Assembly (NCBI GenBank): GCA_002269645.1
Contig: NIVC01000401.1
Coordinates: 124,001 to 188,000, forward strand
DNA length: 64,000 nucleotides
Direction of reading: 5' to 3'
Source: Macrostomum lignano
Taxonomy: Eukaryota
Both the position numbers and the translations under genes were made by a program. Below, in pieces: positions 53,641 to 63,915 of the stretch. Numbering within the stretch: the first letter of the stretch is position 1; the number at the start of each line of letters is the position of its first letter. The notes beneath the pieces are model-generated. The model was not told where the DNA came from. It saw only the letters and a list, made by a program, of their open reading frames with translations, and did no database searches.

Positions 53641-54460
53641 TGCTGTCTTGGAAATATTTTCTATTTAGGGAAACAATATTTTGTTGACTGTTTGTTAATT
53701 TTAGAGAAAAAGTGATTTTTTAATTTTGCAAACATCTTAGTCCGTGACAATTTTACACGAATAAGGTGATTTTTAAAATGTGAAGAAGGAATTAGTGTTT
53801 AAGAAAATGTGTTTTTTTATTGTTTTCCATGAACTATTTTTGCTCTTTTCTTATTGGGCGCCCCGAAGGGGGGCCGCACTAGATTGCTAGTTACTGTCTA
53901 TTTTTTATTTATAGATATTATATATTAGATATTTATACATATAAAGTCTGTATTTATCTATTTTACCAAAAGTTAAAATGATTTTAAATTTTAGTAATAT
54001 CTATCAAGTGGCTTGCTTAACAATTGGTAAATAACCTAAAGGGGAATGAAGATTTCTAAATAAACTTTATTTCCTAATGCTTGAAATTTTATATAATGTA
54101 AGAAAATATCACAAGACAGCTAAAATTAGAAGCTAAGTAAGTACATAGCTGATTACACTGTGGATATTAAGGTGAAAAGGATTAGTATACAAATCAAATT
54201 CCTTCCAGTTTAGTTGTTCTTTGCAAGCTAAAATATGCCAAGTTGGTTATTTGTTGTCGAAAATGCCGACCATTTCCTAAATACGAGCTAATACTCGAAC
54301 ATCCATAATTGTTCATGACACAATCAGTCAAGCAGCGACACAGTTGAAGGCAAACAAGACCAAATCGCTAACCCTCCCCCTTAATCGTCCTTAATCCATA
54401 GCGAGAGGGTTTTATTTTCAAATCCCAGCACCGAATCTCGGGACAGACAAGGGTGAGACA

Positions 54461-55075
54461 ATGTCTGACGAGGCTGAGAATTCGATCCAGCAGGAAATCG
54501 AAGCTGGCACCGAGGATGATGCAGCAGCTGACGAGGCCGCCCAGCAACAACAGGAGGCAATCGTGGAATCGGAGACTACCGGCGAGAATCCCGACGAAGG
54601 AGAGCAGGTTGACGACGACAACGACGACTACGGTGACGAAAACGCCGAAGAAGACGCTAATAGGCACGTGGAAGAAGAAGCTGAACCGACAGTAGAAGCA
54701 AATGATGAAGATGAAGCATCTCAGCAGGAGCCGATGACCAACGGGCGTTCCGACACTATCAGCCCGTCGCCACAATCGACAACAACAACAGCGGCAATCG
54801 CAGGTGCCGCTGGCGATGTCGAGGACACCGAAGCTACGGACGCCGAGGAGCGGCCGACCAACGAGGTGACCGCGCCGATGCCGCCGCCGCTGCAGGCGCC
54901 GGTCCGAGCCGCAGGCGCGCCAGGCAAGGAGAAAAAAGCCGCCTCGGCCAACCGGTGCCAGCTGCTGTTTAACAGCGAGACTCGGATTAGCGAAGGCTTC
55001 GCCGCGCTGTTGGAACGGGTTAAAGCTGAACCGGCTGTCACTGGGCAGTTTGTTGTGGAGAATCTGTTCTTTTTG
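54461..55075 (+). CDS. Nbea: Neurobeachin/LRBA (BEACH family) coding exon 1: acidic N-terminal extension ending ...FVVENLFFL
   Basis: ATG at 54461; donor TTG|GTGAGC, phase 0. Splicing gives LFFLMVGGPFD, matching NBEA VFNLLVGGQFD. Confidence 0.8.
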
Positions 55076-55181
55076 GTGAGCTCGGGGCAGCGGCATTGTG
55101 TTGACGGCGCTTTGCTGGTGTGTTGTAGGGGGGGGGGGCAGATTAGCCCAGCGGATTAACGCGTCGGGTCTACGAACTTTG

Positions 55182-55642
55182 CCAGCTGGAAGGTTGCCAG
55201 CCGGAACATTGCCAGCCGGAAGGTTGCCAGCCGGAAGGTTGCCAGCCGGAAGGTTGCCAGCCGGAAGGTTGCCAGCCGGAAGGTTGCCAGCCGGAAGGTT
55301 GCCAGCCGGAAGGTTGCCAGCCGGAAGGTTGCCAGCCGGAAGGTTGCCAGCCGGAAGGTTGCCAGCCGGAAGGTTGCCAGCCGGAAGGTTGCCAGCCGGA
55401 AGGTTGCCAGCCGGAAGGTTGCCAGCCGGAAGGTTGCCAGCCGGAAGGTTGCCAGCCGGAAGGTTGCCGCCCAGAAAGTTGCCAGCCAGAAGGTTGCCAG
55501 CCGGAAGGTTGCCAGCCGGAAGGTTGCCAGCCGGAAGGTTGCCAGCCGGAAGGTTGCCAGCCGGAAGGTTGCCGCCCAGAAAGTTGCCAGCCAGAAGGTT
55601 GCCAGCCAGAAGGTTGCCAGCCAGAAGGTTGCCAGCCGGAAG
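55182..55642. repeat. 15-bp minisatellite (GCCAGCCGGAAGGTT), about 30 copies, Nbea intron 1
   Basis: Unit read directly. Confidence 0.96.
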
Positions 55643-55944
55643 GCAAGGACTACTCAAGTAGTCCGGGAAACCTCGTTTCTTGGAAAATTTTAGGAGTCAG
55701 GTTTCTTCGAAACAGCGGATATAGGGATAGTCTCATTTTTCAGCACGAAAATTGTCATTGCTTTTGAAAGGCAGGCAGACCCGTTGTTCATCTTTTGCTA
55801 TGTTTTGCTTTCTTATAGCTCTACTGATATCTAGTGATATCTATCTAGAGTTTCAATCTAGAGTTATTTTAATTTTGTTAATGTTTTTCAATAGACTTTT
55901 GATTCAAATAATGTTAGATTATTATAATGAATGACAATTTCCAG

Positions 55945-56049
55945 ATGGTTGGCGGCCCGTTCGATCAGGAGAACAATTTTGTAATATCCGGGCCCGACGT
56001 GATTCCGCCGGCGCTAGAAATTATCGATCTTTGCTCGCAACAGATTCAG
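55945..56049 (+). CDS. Nbea: Neurobeachin exon 2 (MVGGPFDQENNFVISGPDVIPPALEIIDLCSQQIQ)
   Basis: Acceptor TTTCCAG, donor CAG|GTTGGT, 105 nt; matches NBEA VGG.FDLE.NFII. Confidence 0.88.
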
Positions 56050-56177
56050 GTTGGTTCAGAATTTATGTATAACAGAATTATTGTTATGATTACAAATTAT
56101 GTAATATCCTTGGGCTGTGATGTGACAATAGCTTACTTGTATGGTTGTGCTATGAATAGAAATTGAGATAACGTTTT

Positions 56178-56592
56178 TAGGGAGGGGACAAGTGACCCCT
56201 AGGAATCTATTTAAATGTTGGTAAAATAATTCTTAGGGATCTTTACGAAGATATTTCTAGGGAGGTCAAATGACCCCTATGGATTTTTTTGGAAGATATT
56301 TCTAGGGAGGTCAAATGAATTCTATGGATCCTTTCAAAGTTATTTTTAGAAAGGTCAAGTGACCCCTATGGATTCTTTTAGAGGTTATTTTAGGGAGGTC
56401 AAGTGACCCCTATGGATTCTTTTAGAGGTTATTTTAGGGAGGTCAAGTGACCCCTATGGATTCTTTTAGAGGTTATTTTAGGGAGGTCAAGTGACCCCTA
56501 TGGATTCTTTTAGAGGTTATTTTAGGGAGGTCAAGTGACCCCTATGGATTCTTTTAGAGGTTATTTTAGGGAGGTCAAGTGACCCCTATGGA
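56178..56592. repeat. 44-bp minisatellite (GGTCAAGTGACCCCTATGGATTCTTTTAGAGGTTATTTTAGGGA), Nbea intron 2
   Basis: Period 44 seen at 56397 and 56441. Confidence 0.92.
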
Positions 56593-56702
56593 TGGATCCT
56601 TTCGAAGATGATCTCATTAGCCGCTGATCCAATCCAAGCCATTATCCATTTATAACAACCATTGTATTATTAGTAATCTCAAAACGTCAATTCTGCCTGC
56701 AG

Positions 56703-56933
56703 TCGGAGGTCTGGGGCACCCTGGCCGCCATCCTGCGCAAGAACAAGCGCAGCCTGATGGTCTGCTGCGAGGCCGGCTTAATTCAACAGGCGGTTGCCCG
56801 ACTGCCCAGCGCCGGCTCCGGTCCTCTGGCCGACTTCCTAATTGACATTATCGAATGCTTAGTCAGCTTCTCAGTGTCGGTTAAAGAGTTTAAATTGCTG
56901 TTCGGTCTGCTCAAAGCTAAGAATGGTGTTTTG
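56703..56933 (+). CDS. Nbea: Neurobeachin exon 3 (SEVWGTLAAILRKNKRSL...KEFKLLFGLLKAKNGVL)
   Basis: Acceptor CCTGCAG, donor TTG|GTAAGA, 231 nt; matches NBEA AEIWSMFTAILRKS.RNL. Confidence 0.9.
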
Positions 56934-57305
56934 GTAAGATTTTGGAGAAATCTACGCTATTCTTTGTTAAGTTATTTACGGTACATATCGGTAGTTGACT
57001 GAGTTATGACTATTGACTCTACTAGTGACCAGTTGTGACTTAAAGGCGCGGGTAACCAATTGGACTTTTTTGTTTTTCGCCTCTGTACTCTGATGCATTA
57101 GGGAAACCCGTATTAAAGTTATCTACACTACATATCGGTAGTCTATTCAATCCTTAATCAATGCGTCAGTGTACCTACTCGTGATAAAAAGGCTTAGAAA
57201 AACCATTTAACCTTGTAGTTTCACTCGCTTTTTTCTTTTGAAACAAAAAACCAGTATAAAGTTGCTTACATTACATATCGGTAGTTTATTCAACACATTC
57301 CGCAG

Positions 57306-57401
57306 AATTCTCACTATGTCAAGCTGCTGGGCATCCTGCGGCAATTGACAGCTCGAACTGGGCCGGACGAGTTTTTCAGCTTCCCCGGCAAGAAGGGATC
57401 C
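57306..57401 (+). CDS. Nbea: Neurobeachin exon 4 ([32 protein letters not shown])
   Basis: Acceptor TTCCGCAG, donor TCC|GTAAGT; matches NBEA HAVKLLSVL..M.QRHGPD.FFNFPG. Confidence 0.9.
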
Positions 57402-57654
57402 GTAAGTGGGCTTGTTTTTGTTTCTTTTGGACTCTGGAGAGATAGGATTTCCTGTATACTAAATTTATCTACTAATTGTGAGTAACTGTATCTGTTAGTG
57501 CCAGTTTAGTGTCTGCTTAGTGTCAGTTTTAGCTTCACTTCTAGTGTCAGTTGGGTATCAATTTTTAGCATTTTACTAGCAACCAGCGCCCCCCGTTTCG
57601 GAACAAACAAAGAATGCAATAATTTTTTTGAATAAACTACACGTAGCTTCTGAC

Positions 57655-58298
57655 CTAAGCCTTGACATCTCAGCAATTCTCCCCAGTAAGCCTTGACATC
57701 TCAGCAATTCTCCCCAGTAAGCCTTGACATCTCAGCAATTCTCCCGTAAGCCTTGACATCTCAGCAATCCCCCCCCCCCCAGTAAGCCTTGACATCTCAG
57801 CAATTCTCCCGTAAGCCTTGATATCTCAGCAATTCCCCCCAGTAAGCCTTGACATCTCAGCAATTCCCCCCAGTAAGCCTTGCCATCTCAGCAATTCCCC
57901 CGTAAGCCTTGACATCTCAGCAATTCCCCCGTAAGCCTTGACATCTCAGCAATTCTCCCGTAAGCCTTGACATCTCAGCAATCCCCCCCCCAGTAAGCCT
58001 TGACATCTCAGCAATTCTCCCGTAAGCCTTGATATCTCAGCAATTCCCCCCAGTAAGCCTTGACATCTCAGCAATTCCCCCCAGTAAGCCTTGCCATCTC
58101 AGCAATTCCCCCGTAAGCCTTGACATCTCAGCAATTCCCCCGTAAGCCTTGACATCTCAGCAATTCCCCCCCGAGTAAGCCTTGACATCTCAGCAATTCC
58201 CCCCCCCGAGTAAGCCTTGACATCTCAGCAATTCCCCCGTAAGCCTTGACATCTCAGCAATTCCCCCGTAAGCCTTGACATCTCAGCAATGCCCCCGT
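57655..58298. repeat. ~30-bp minisatellite (GTAAGCCTTGACATCTCAGCAATTCCCCC), Nbea intron 4
   Basis: Unit read directly; same core as 38720-39236. Confidence 0.95.
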
Positions 58299-58383
58299 AA
58301 TCTCTACAACTATAGTGTCACTCGCGTGAATTTTGAGCGCGTTTGGCTTCATCAGACTAAGCTTCAGTTCCTCCGCACTGCAG

Positions 58384-58505
58384 GCCATCAGCATCCCGCC
58401 CATATCCAAGTGGCCTTATCAAAATGGCTGGACTTTTCACTGCTGGTTCTACACGGATCCACCGTCTGACAGCTCTGTGGAGCGGGACAAGCCGCATTTG
58501 TTTTG
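58384..58505 (+). CDS. Nbea: Neurobeachin exon 5 (AISIPPISKWPYQNGWTFHCWF...DKPHLF)
   Basis: Acceptor CTGCAG, donor TG|GTTAGT, phase 2; matches NBEA AIALPPIAKWPYQNGFT and DKPYLY. Confidence 0.93.
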
Positions 58506-58789
58506 GTTAGTAACTGCTTAAGCTCAGCGGTGAACGAGTCCGACTCTCGCGCCGCGACCCGTGCTTCGATTTCGTGTGTGACGATTAGACAGTCAGGGCC
58601 GATGTACACGCTGTGTGAGCGTGTGCATGAGTGCCTGCTTACAGCATTGGCGCGCTTGTGTGTGCTCAGGAGTCAGCTGACTGGGCCTGACTGCTTGATT
58701 GATATTGTCGGATGAATTAGCTTCAGTCTCCTACTGTTAATCCCATTTGCATAATATCAATAATAATTCCAAAATTCCTACTCTTTCAG

Positions 58790-59036
58790 CTTCCGCACCG
58801 ACAAAGGCATGGGCTATTCCGGGCATTTCATTGGCAACGCTTTGATTATAACGGTGATGAAAGTGAAAGGCAAAGGTTTCCAGCATTCCATTCGATACGA
58901 TTTTGTGCCTAGAAAGTGGCACATGCTCACCGTTGTGTTCGTGTACAATCGGTGGAGCAAGTCGGAGATTCGAACCTACGTTAATGGCACACTGGTTACT
59001 CAAACCGAATTGTCCTGGGTTGTTAATACTAACGAG
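58790..59036 (+). CDS. Nbea: Neurobeachin exon 6 (CFRTDKGMGYSGHFIGN...KGKGFQH...YNRWSKSEIRTYVNG...WVVNTNE)
   Basis: Acceptor CTTTCAG, phase-2 join restores Cys, donor GAG|GTGAGT; highly similar to the NBEA ConA/LamG-like domain. Confidence 0.95.
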
Positions 59037-59044
59037 GTGAGTTT

Positions 59045-60530
59045 TGTCTATTTGGCGCCAAACTAGGGAATTACCGATTCGGTGCTAAACCAGGATTTAT
59101 CTATTTGGCGCCAAGCTTAAGGTTATAGATATTGCTCCAGACTTGGGGTTACAAATTTGGCGCCAAATTTTGGGGTTATCGATTTGGCGTCAAATTTATG
59201 ATTATAGATTTGGCGCCAGACTTGGAGTAATAGATTTGGCGCCAGACTTGGGGTTTTAGATTTGGCGCCAAACTTGGGGTTATAGATTTCGCGCCAGACT
59301 TGGAGTTATATATTTGGCGCCAAGCATGAGGTTGTAGATTTTGCACCAGACTTGAGATTACAGATTTGGGGTTATCGATTGCGTCAAATTTATGATTATA
59401 GATTTGGCTCCGAGCATGGAGTTATAGATTTGGCGCCAAACTTGGGGTTGTATATTTGGCGCCAAGCAGGGGGTTATAGATTTGGCGTCAAACTTGGGGT
59501 TATATATTTGGCGCCGAGCATGGGGTTATAGATTTGGCGTCGAGCACGGGGTTATAGATTTGGCGCCAAACTTGGGGTTGTATATTTGGCGCCAAGCAGG
59601 GGGTTATAGATTTGGCGTCAAACTTGGGGTTATATATTTGGCGCCGAGCATGGGGTTATAGATTTGGCGTCGAGCACGGGGTTATAGATTTGGCGCCAAA
59701 CTTGGGGTTGTATATTTGGCGCCAAGCAGGGGGTTATAGATTTGGCGTCAAACTTGGGGTTATATATTTGGCGCCGAGCATGGGGTTATAGATTTGGCGT
59801 CGAGCATGGGGTTATAGATTTGGCGTCGAGCATGGGGTTATAGATTTGGCGCCAAACTTGGGGTTGTATATTTGGCGCCAAGCATGGGGTTATAGATTTG
59901 GCGCCAAACTTGGGGTTATATATTTGGCGCCGAGCATGGGGTTATAGATTTGGCGTCGAGCATGGGGTTATAGATTTGGCGTCGAGCATGGGGTTATAGA
60001 TTTGGCGCCAAACTTGGGGTTGTATATTTGGCGCCAAGCAGGGGGTTATAGATTTGGCGTCAAACTTGGGGTTATATATTTGGCGCCGAGCATGGGATTA
60101 TAGATTTGGCGTCGAGCATGGGGTTATAGATTTGGCGCCAAACTTGGGGTTGTATATTTGGCGCCAAGCAGGGGTTATAGATTTGGCGTCAAACTTGGGG
60201 TTATATATTTGACGCCAAACTTGGGGTTATAGATTTGGCGCCAAACTTGGGGTTATAGATTTGGCGCCAAGCATGGGATTATAGATTTGGCGCCAAACTT
60301 GGGGTTATAGATTTGGCGCCAAGCATGGGGTTATATATTTGGCGCCAAACTTGGGGTTATAGATTTGGCGCCAAACTTGGGGTTATAGATTTGGCGCCAA
60401 ACTTGGGGTTATAGATTTGGCGCCAAACTTGGGGTTATATATTTGGCGCCAAACTTGGGGTTATAGATTTGGCGCCAAACTTGGGGTTATAGATTTGGCG
60501 CCAAACTTGGGGTTATAGATTTGGCGCCGA
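59045..60530. repeat. ~26-bp minisatellite (GGCGCCAAACTTGGGGTTATAGATTT), about 55 copies with a ~130-bp higher-order unit, Nbea intron 6
   Basis: Unit read directly; the GAGCACGGG variant recurs 130 bp apart (59544, 59674). Confidence 0.95.
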
Positions 60531-61097
60531 ACCTAGGATTTTCGATTTGGCGCGAAATGACTGAAAGCGTGTGTGAGAGCATGACAAAACTTAATCAATG
60601 TCGCTGGCGCCAATGTCGTCTCGCCGTAAACTTTTTTCTCGGCCCCGTGCTGCTGTTCATAGTTCGTACGCACAGCTGCATTGCAGTCGATAAGCTATCA
60701 GTCCCAGTCTGGTATGGCCTAGGCTGACTCAGTGAGCTGTGCTCACTCGGAGCTTCTTCAGACAGACCCAGTTCCTCTTTCCTCTGTCCATCCAGTATCT
60801 CGTCCCCTCCCTCCCTTCCTCTATTCCTTGACCAGAAGATCTGCTGGCTACTTTGGGATATTCTTCCCCACCCCCTAGTCTTGAACTCCAATGGCCCACT
60901 CGCAACGGTCAGTTAGTTGGTTGGGGCAAGGCGATGCAAAGCTGCAAGCCAGAGGCTAATCGGGTCACTCGGGGTCCCCCGGCCGCTTCTCTCTCGTCGA
61001 GTTGGTTGGTTCGTCACAAGGAGTTCTAGATCCTGGATTTGGAAACCAACTATCTGTACGTATTACAGCAAGTGAGAATTTCTCTGACATTCTCTTA

Positions 61098-61200
61098 GGG
61101 GGCAGAGTAGCTGAGTAGTTGCAACGCCTGACTCTCTCGACGCTAAGGAACCTGGGTTCGATTCCCCGTGAGCGGCTGCATTCATTTGGGGCTTGTGGCG
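61098..61200 (+). mobile_element. tRNA-derived SINE head
   Basis: A-box-like TAGCTGAGTAGTT (~61108) and B-box GGTTCGATTCC (61155-61165); acceptor stem does not close, so not a functional tRNA. Confidence 0.6.
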
Positions 61201-61868
61201 CACCGTCTGAAGATGAGAATGCAATGTTTGAGTTGGAAAACGAACAATTAACTGCAATCTTTTCATACACTCTGCCAACTTTAAAAACCTAGCTTAGCAA
61301 TGGTTTGGCGCAGTTTCTCCGCAAATACTCCCTTTAAGTTAAGCTCAGTTGGTAGCGGTTAGTATGCAATAGCCGGCCGGAAGCTCCCGATAAACTAAGT
61401 AGGCTTAATTCATTTTCCACTCCAGATTCTATATAAGCAAGTCTAAATTAGATCTCCATGGCTAGTCTTGCGTGCACACACTCGGTCTACCAGTGAGCAA
61501 TGAGCAGCATTATGCCCCGACGAGGCTGGGTATAACAGTCTAAGGGAGACCGAGAAGAATGGCTCTAATGAGATTTCCAACTGGGACTAGCGGGCTGGGT
61601 GCGAGAATTCCGAATAGGATGGTCCAATCCTCAATAGAGAGAGGGAGAGGGAAGGGGAAAAGGGACTGGAGAAATGGGATTACCTATCTGGCGAATAAAT
61701 CTCTGCCAGAGCTGCGCCTGTGCGCTGCCTCGCCTCGGCCTCTCGACTACCAGTGTTGTGCTCTCTGCCAGGCCCTGGCATGCTCGGGCCGGGCATCTGA
61801 TGGCTCTGGGGAGGGCAGGGGATGCGTGGGCGTCGCCAATATTTTGCAACTAATAGAGCAATCCGTGC

Positions 61869-61910
<42 letters not shown>

Positions 61911-61970
61911 CCTGCCTGTCTGTCTGTTTCTGTCTGTCTGTCCGTCTTAGTGTCTGTCTGTCTGTCTGCC

Positions 61971-62023
<53 letters not shown>

Positions 62024-62080
62024 TAGTGTCTGTCTGTCTGTCTGTCTGTCCGTCTTAGTGTCTGTCTGTCTGTCTGCCTG
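61869..62080. repeat. (CTGT)n microsatellite with CCGTCTTAGT interruptions
   Basis: Read directly. Confidence 0.95.
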
Positions 62081-62241
62081 TTGAATAGTATTCTGTCTGC
62101 TTCTGCTGCAACCAACATTTAAGTTTAATTGAATTTTCTTCAATTCGGGTTCTCAGATTCGCAGATCCTGAGTTGGTGGGCCACAGCAAGCATTCCAGAT
62201 GCAGTGCTGAGTAGCTCAAAAAAATCAAATTCCTCTTGTAG

Positions 62242-62388
62242 CCATTCGACCGGTGCTTCATCGGCTCAGCGTCCAGATCAGAAGCCGACTGCATGTTCTC
62301 CGGCCAGATCAGCTCCATCTACGGATTCGCCGAGGCGCTCAGTCCGCAACAGATTGCCGGAGTGTTTGCCCTGGGTCCGGCGTACAAG
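62242..62388 (+). CDS. Nbea: Neurobeachin exon 7 (PFDRCFIGSAS...MFSGQISSIYGFAEALSPQQIAGVFALGPAYK)
   Basis: Acceptor CTCTTGTAG, donor AAG|GTTTGA, 147 nt; matches NBEA YDKCFLGS...FCGQ...FSEAL...LGPGYK. Confidence 0.93.
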
Positions 62389-62539
62389 GTTTGACAAATC
62401 ATTGTTTACTTACTCGATAATTAGTCCACGAGTAGGTTTTTAATTTGTCTGGATTAAAAATTGTACACGCGTTCTAGACCATAGACAATTCGGCTTGTAA
62501 CTAAATAGTATAAGCTAGACGTTTTTATTACACCTGCTC

Positions 62540-62986
62540 TACCCAACCATAGACAAAAGGGAACAATACTGAATACAGATTGCGCTATCCCAACCATAGA
62601 CAAAAGGGAACAATACTGAATACAGATTGCGCTATTCCAACCATAGACAAAAGGGAACAATACTGAATACAGATTGCGCTATCCCAACCATAGACAAAAG
62701 GGAACAATACTGAATACAGATTGCGCTATCCCAACCATAGACAAAAGGGAACAATACTGAATACAGATTGCGCTATCCCAACCATAGACAAAAGGGAACA
62801 ATACTGAATACAGATTGCGCTATCCCAACCATAGACAAAAGGGAACAATACTGAATACAGATTGCGCTATTCCAACCATAGACAAAAGGGAACAATACTG
62901 AATACAGATTGCGCTATCCCAACCATAGACAAAAGGGAACAATACTGAATACAGATTGCGCTATCCCAACCATAGACAAAAGGGCG
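62540..62986. repeat. 47-bp tandem repeat (AACCATAGACAAAAGGGAACAATACTGAATACAGATTGCGCTATCCC), about 9 copies
   Basis: Unit read directly. Confidence 0.95.
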
Positions 62987-63500
62987 CTTCAGCTTAGTGC
63001 GATTGCTGCCGAGAAAAGCCGTCAACATGCATACATTGCACGGCGCACCTGAAGGCTGCGTACGGCTGTTCAGTCCAAGTGCTGGGGGGTCGCCACACAC
63101 ACCCTCAATTATCTCAGCTAATGCTGGCACCCATTTTACAGCTGGGTGAACTGAAGCAATGCAGAATTGAGTCACAGATTCTTTATTACCCAGATGTGTC
63201 ACTCCAGCATTCGCTAATGTATTTAGCGGCCGTCCCGAGGCCCCGAAACCCTGGGGTTTGGGCCACAGACACCAGCTGCTGCTGCTAATGCCTTGAGAGC
63301 AGCAGAAGCTACAGTCTATGGTCAAAACTTCGGGGTTTTCGCGCTGCCGCCAAGGTCGCTGGAGTGGCCCATCTAGGTAATATAATCTGTGGAGTTGAGT
63401 GTCTTGCTCTAGGACACAACATTTTTTCCGATTTGGTCAAGATTCGAACCCCCGACCTCTCAGTCACTAGTCCGACGCTCGAACCACTAGGCTTTGAGCT
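62987..63500 (-). mobile_element. tRNA-headed SINE with CORE/Meta-like central domain, interrupted by a MITE
   Basis: Minus strand: GCCTAGTGG (A-box), GGTTCGAATC (B-box), TGTGTCCTAGAGCAAGACACTCAACTC, later CAGTTCACCCAGCTGTAAAATGGGT; these words are typical of invertebrate SINE2 central domains. Confidence 0.65.
63173..63391. mobile_element. 219-bp MITE with ~35-bp TIRs and 9-bp TSD, nested in the SINE
   Basis: CACAGATTCTTTATTACCCAGATGTGTCACTCCAGC versus GCTGGAGTGGCCCATCTAGGTAATATAATCTGTG; flanks GAATTGAGT (63164-63172) and GAGTTGAGT (63392-63400). Confidence 0.7.
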
Positions 63501-63532
63501 AGACTATATGCATGAATTTGCTATTCTTGCAG

Positions 63533-63915
63533 GGCCAGTTCAAGTTCGAGTCCGAGCAGGCCGGTCCGCACAGCCAGAGCAGCCTGTCCGGCGCCCAAAA
63601 GACCGCACTCTACCGGCCGGACAGTCGGCTGCACTCGTCCATCATGTTCACCTATAATCCGGTGGCCTGCGACGGTCAGCTGTGCCTGGAGCAGAGTCCC
63701 AAAGTCTGCGGCCAGCCTCTTCAACCTTCGGTGTTTGTGCACAGCGGCCACGCCCTGATGACTGGCGAGGCCAGGTCCGTTTGCACTCATTCTATATTTA
63801 GCACTCTGCACAGTCTGGGTGGCGTGCAGATCTTTCTGCCGCTGTTTGGCCAACTTGGCGACGCTGGCAGCGAGGCCAACGGTGGCGGTCAGGAGGTTAC
63901 TGGCTCCGACATCTG
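63533..63915 (+). CDS. Nbea: Neurobeachin exon 8 (GQFKFESE...FTYNPVACDGQLCLEQSPK...HSLGGVQIFLPLFGQL); gene continues beyond the window
   Basis: Acceptor TTCTTGCAG, donor TG|GTGAGA; matches NBEA FKFKSE...FTYN...QLCLESSPK...HSIGGIQVLFPLFAQL. Confidence 0.95.

Larger units (their letters stand above)
50691..53890 (+). mobile_element. Putative non-autonomous Helitron/DINE-like element enclosing tandem arrays
   Basis: 5' TCCATATACTAAAAATGG + (GT)n/GTCT microsatellite + AAAACGGCTCAACCGATTTT core, typical of short invertebrate Helitron/DINE-type elements. GC hairpin GCGCCCCGAAGGGGGGCCGC followed about 10 nt later by CTAG|T at 53887-53891. That both ends belong to one element is inference. Confidence 0.45.

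Noticed and set aside
54368-55661. 429-aa minus-strand and 187-aa plus-strand ORFs at the Nbea 5' end
   Set aside because: Composed of the 15-bp array plus the antisense shadow of Nbea exon 1.
61098-63500. tRNA genes
   Set aside because: A and B boxes are present but no closed acceptor stem or complete cloverleaf; treated as SINE heads.
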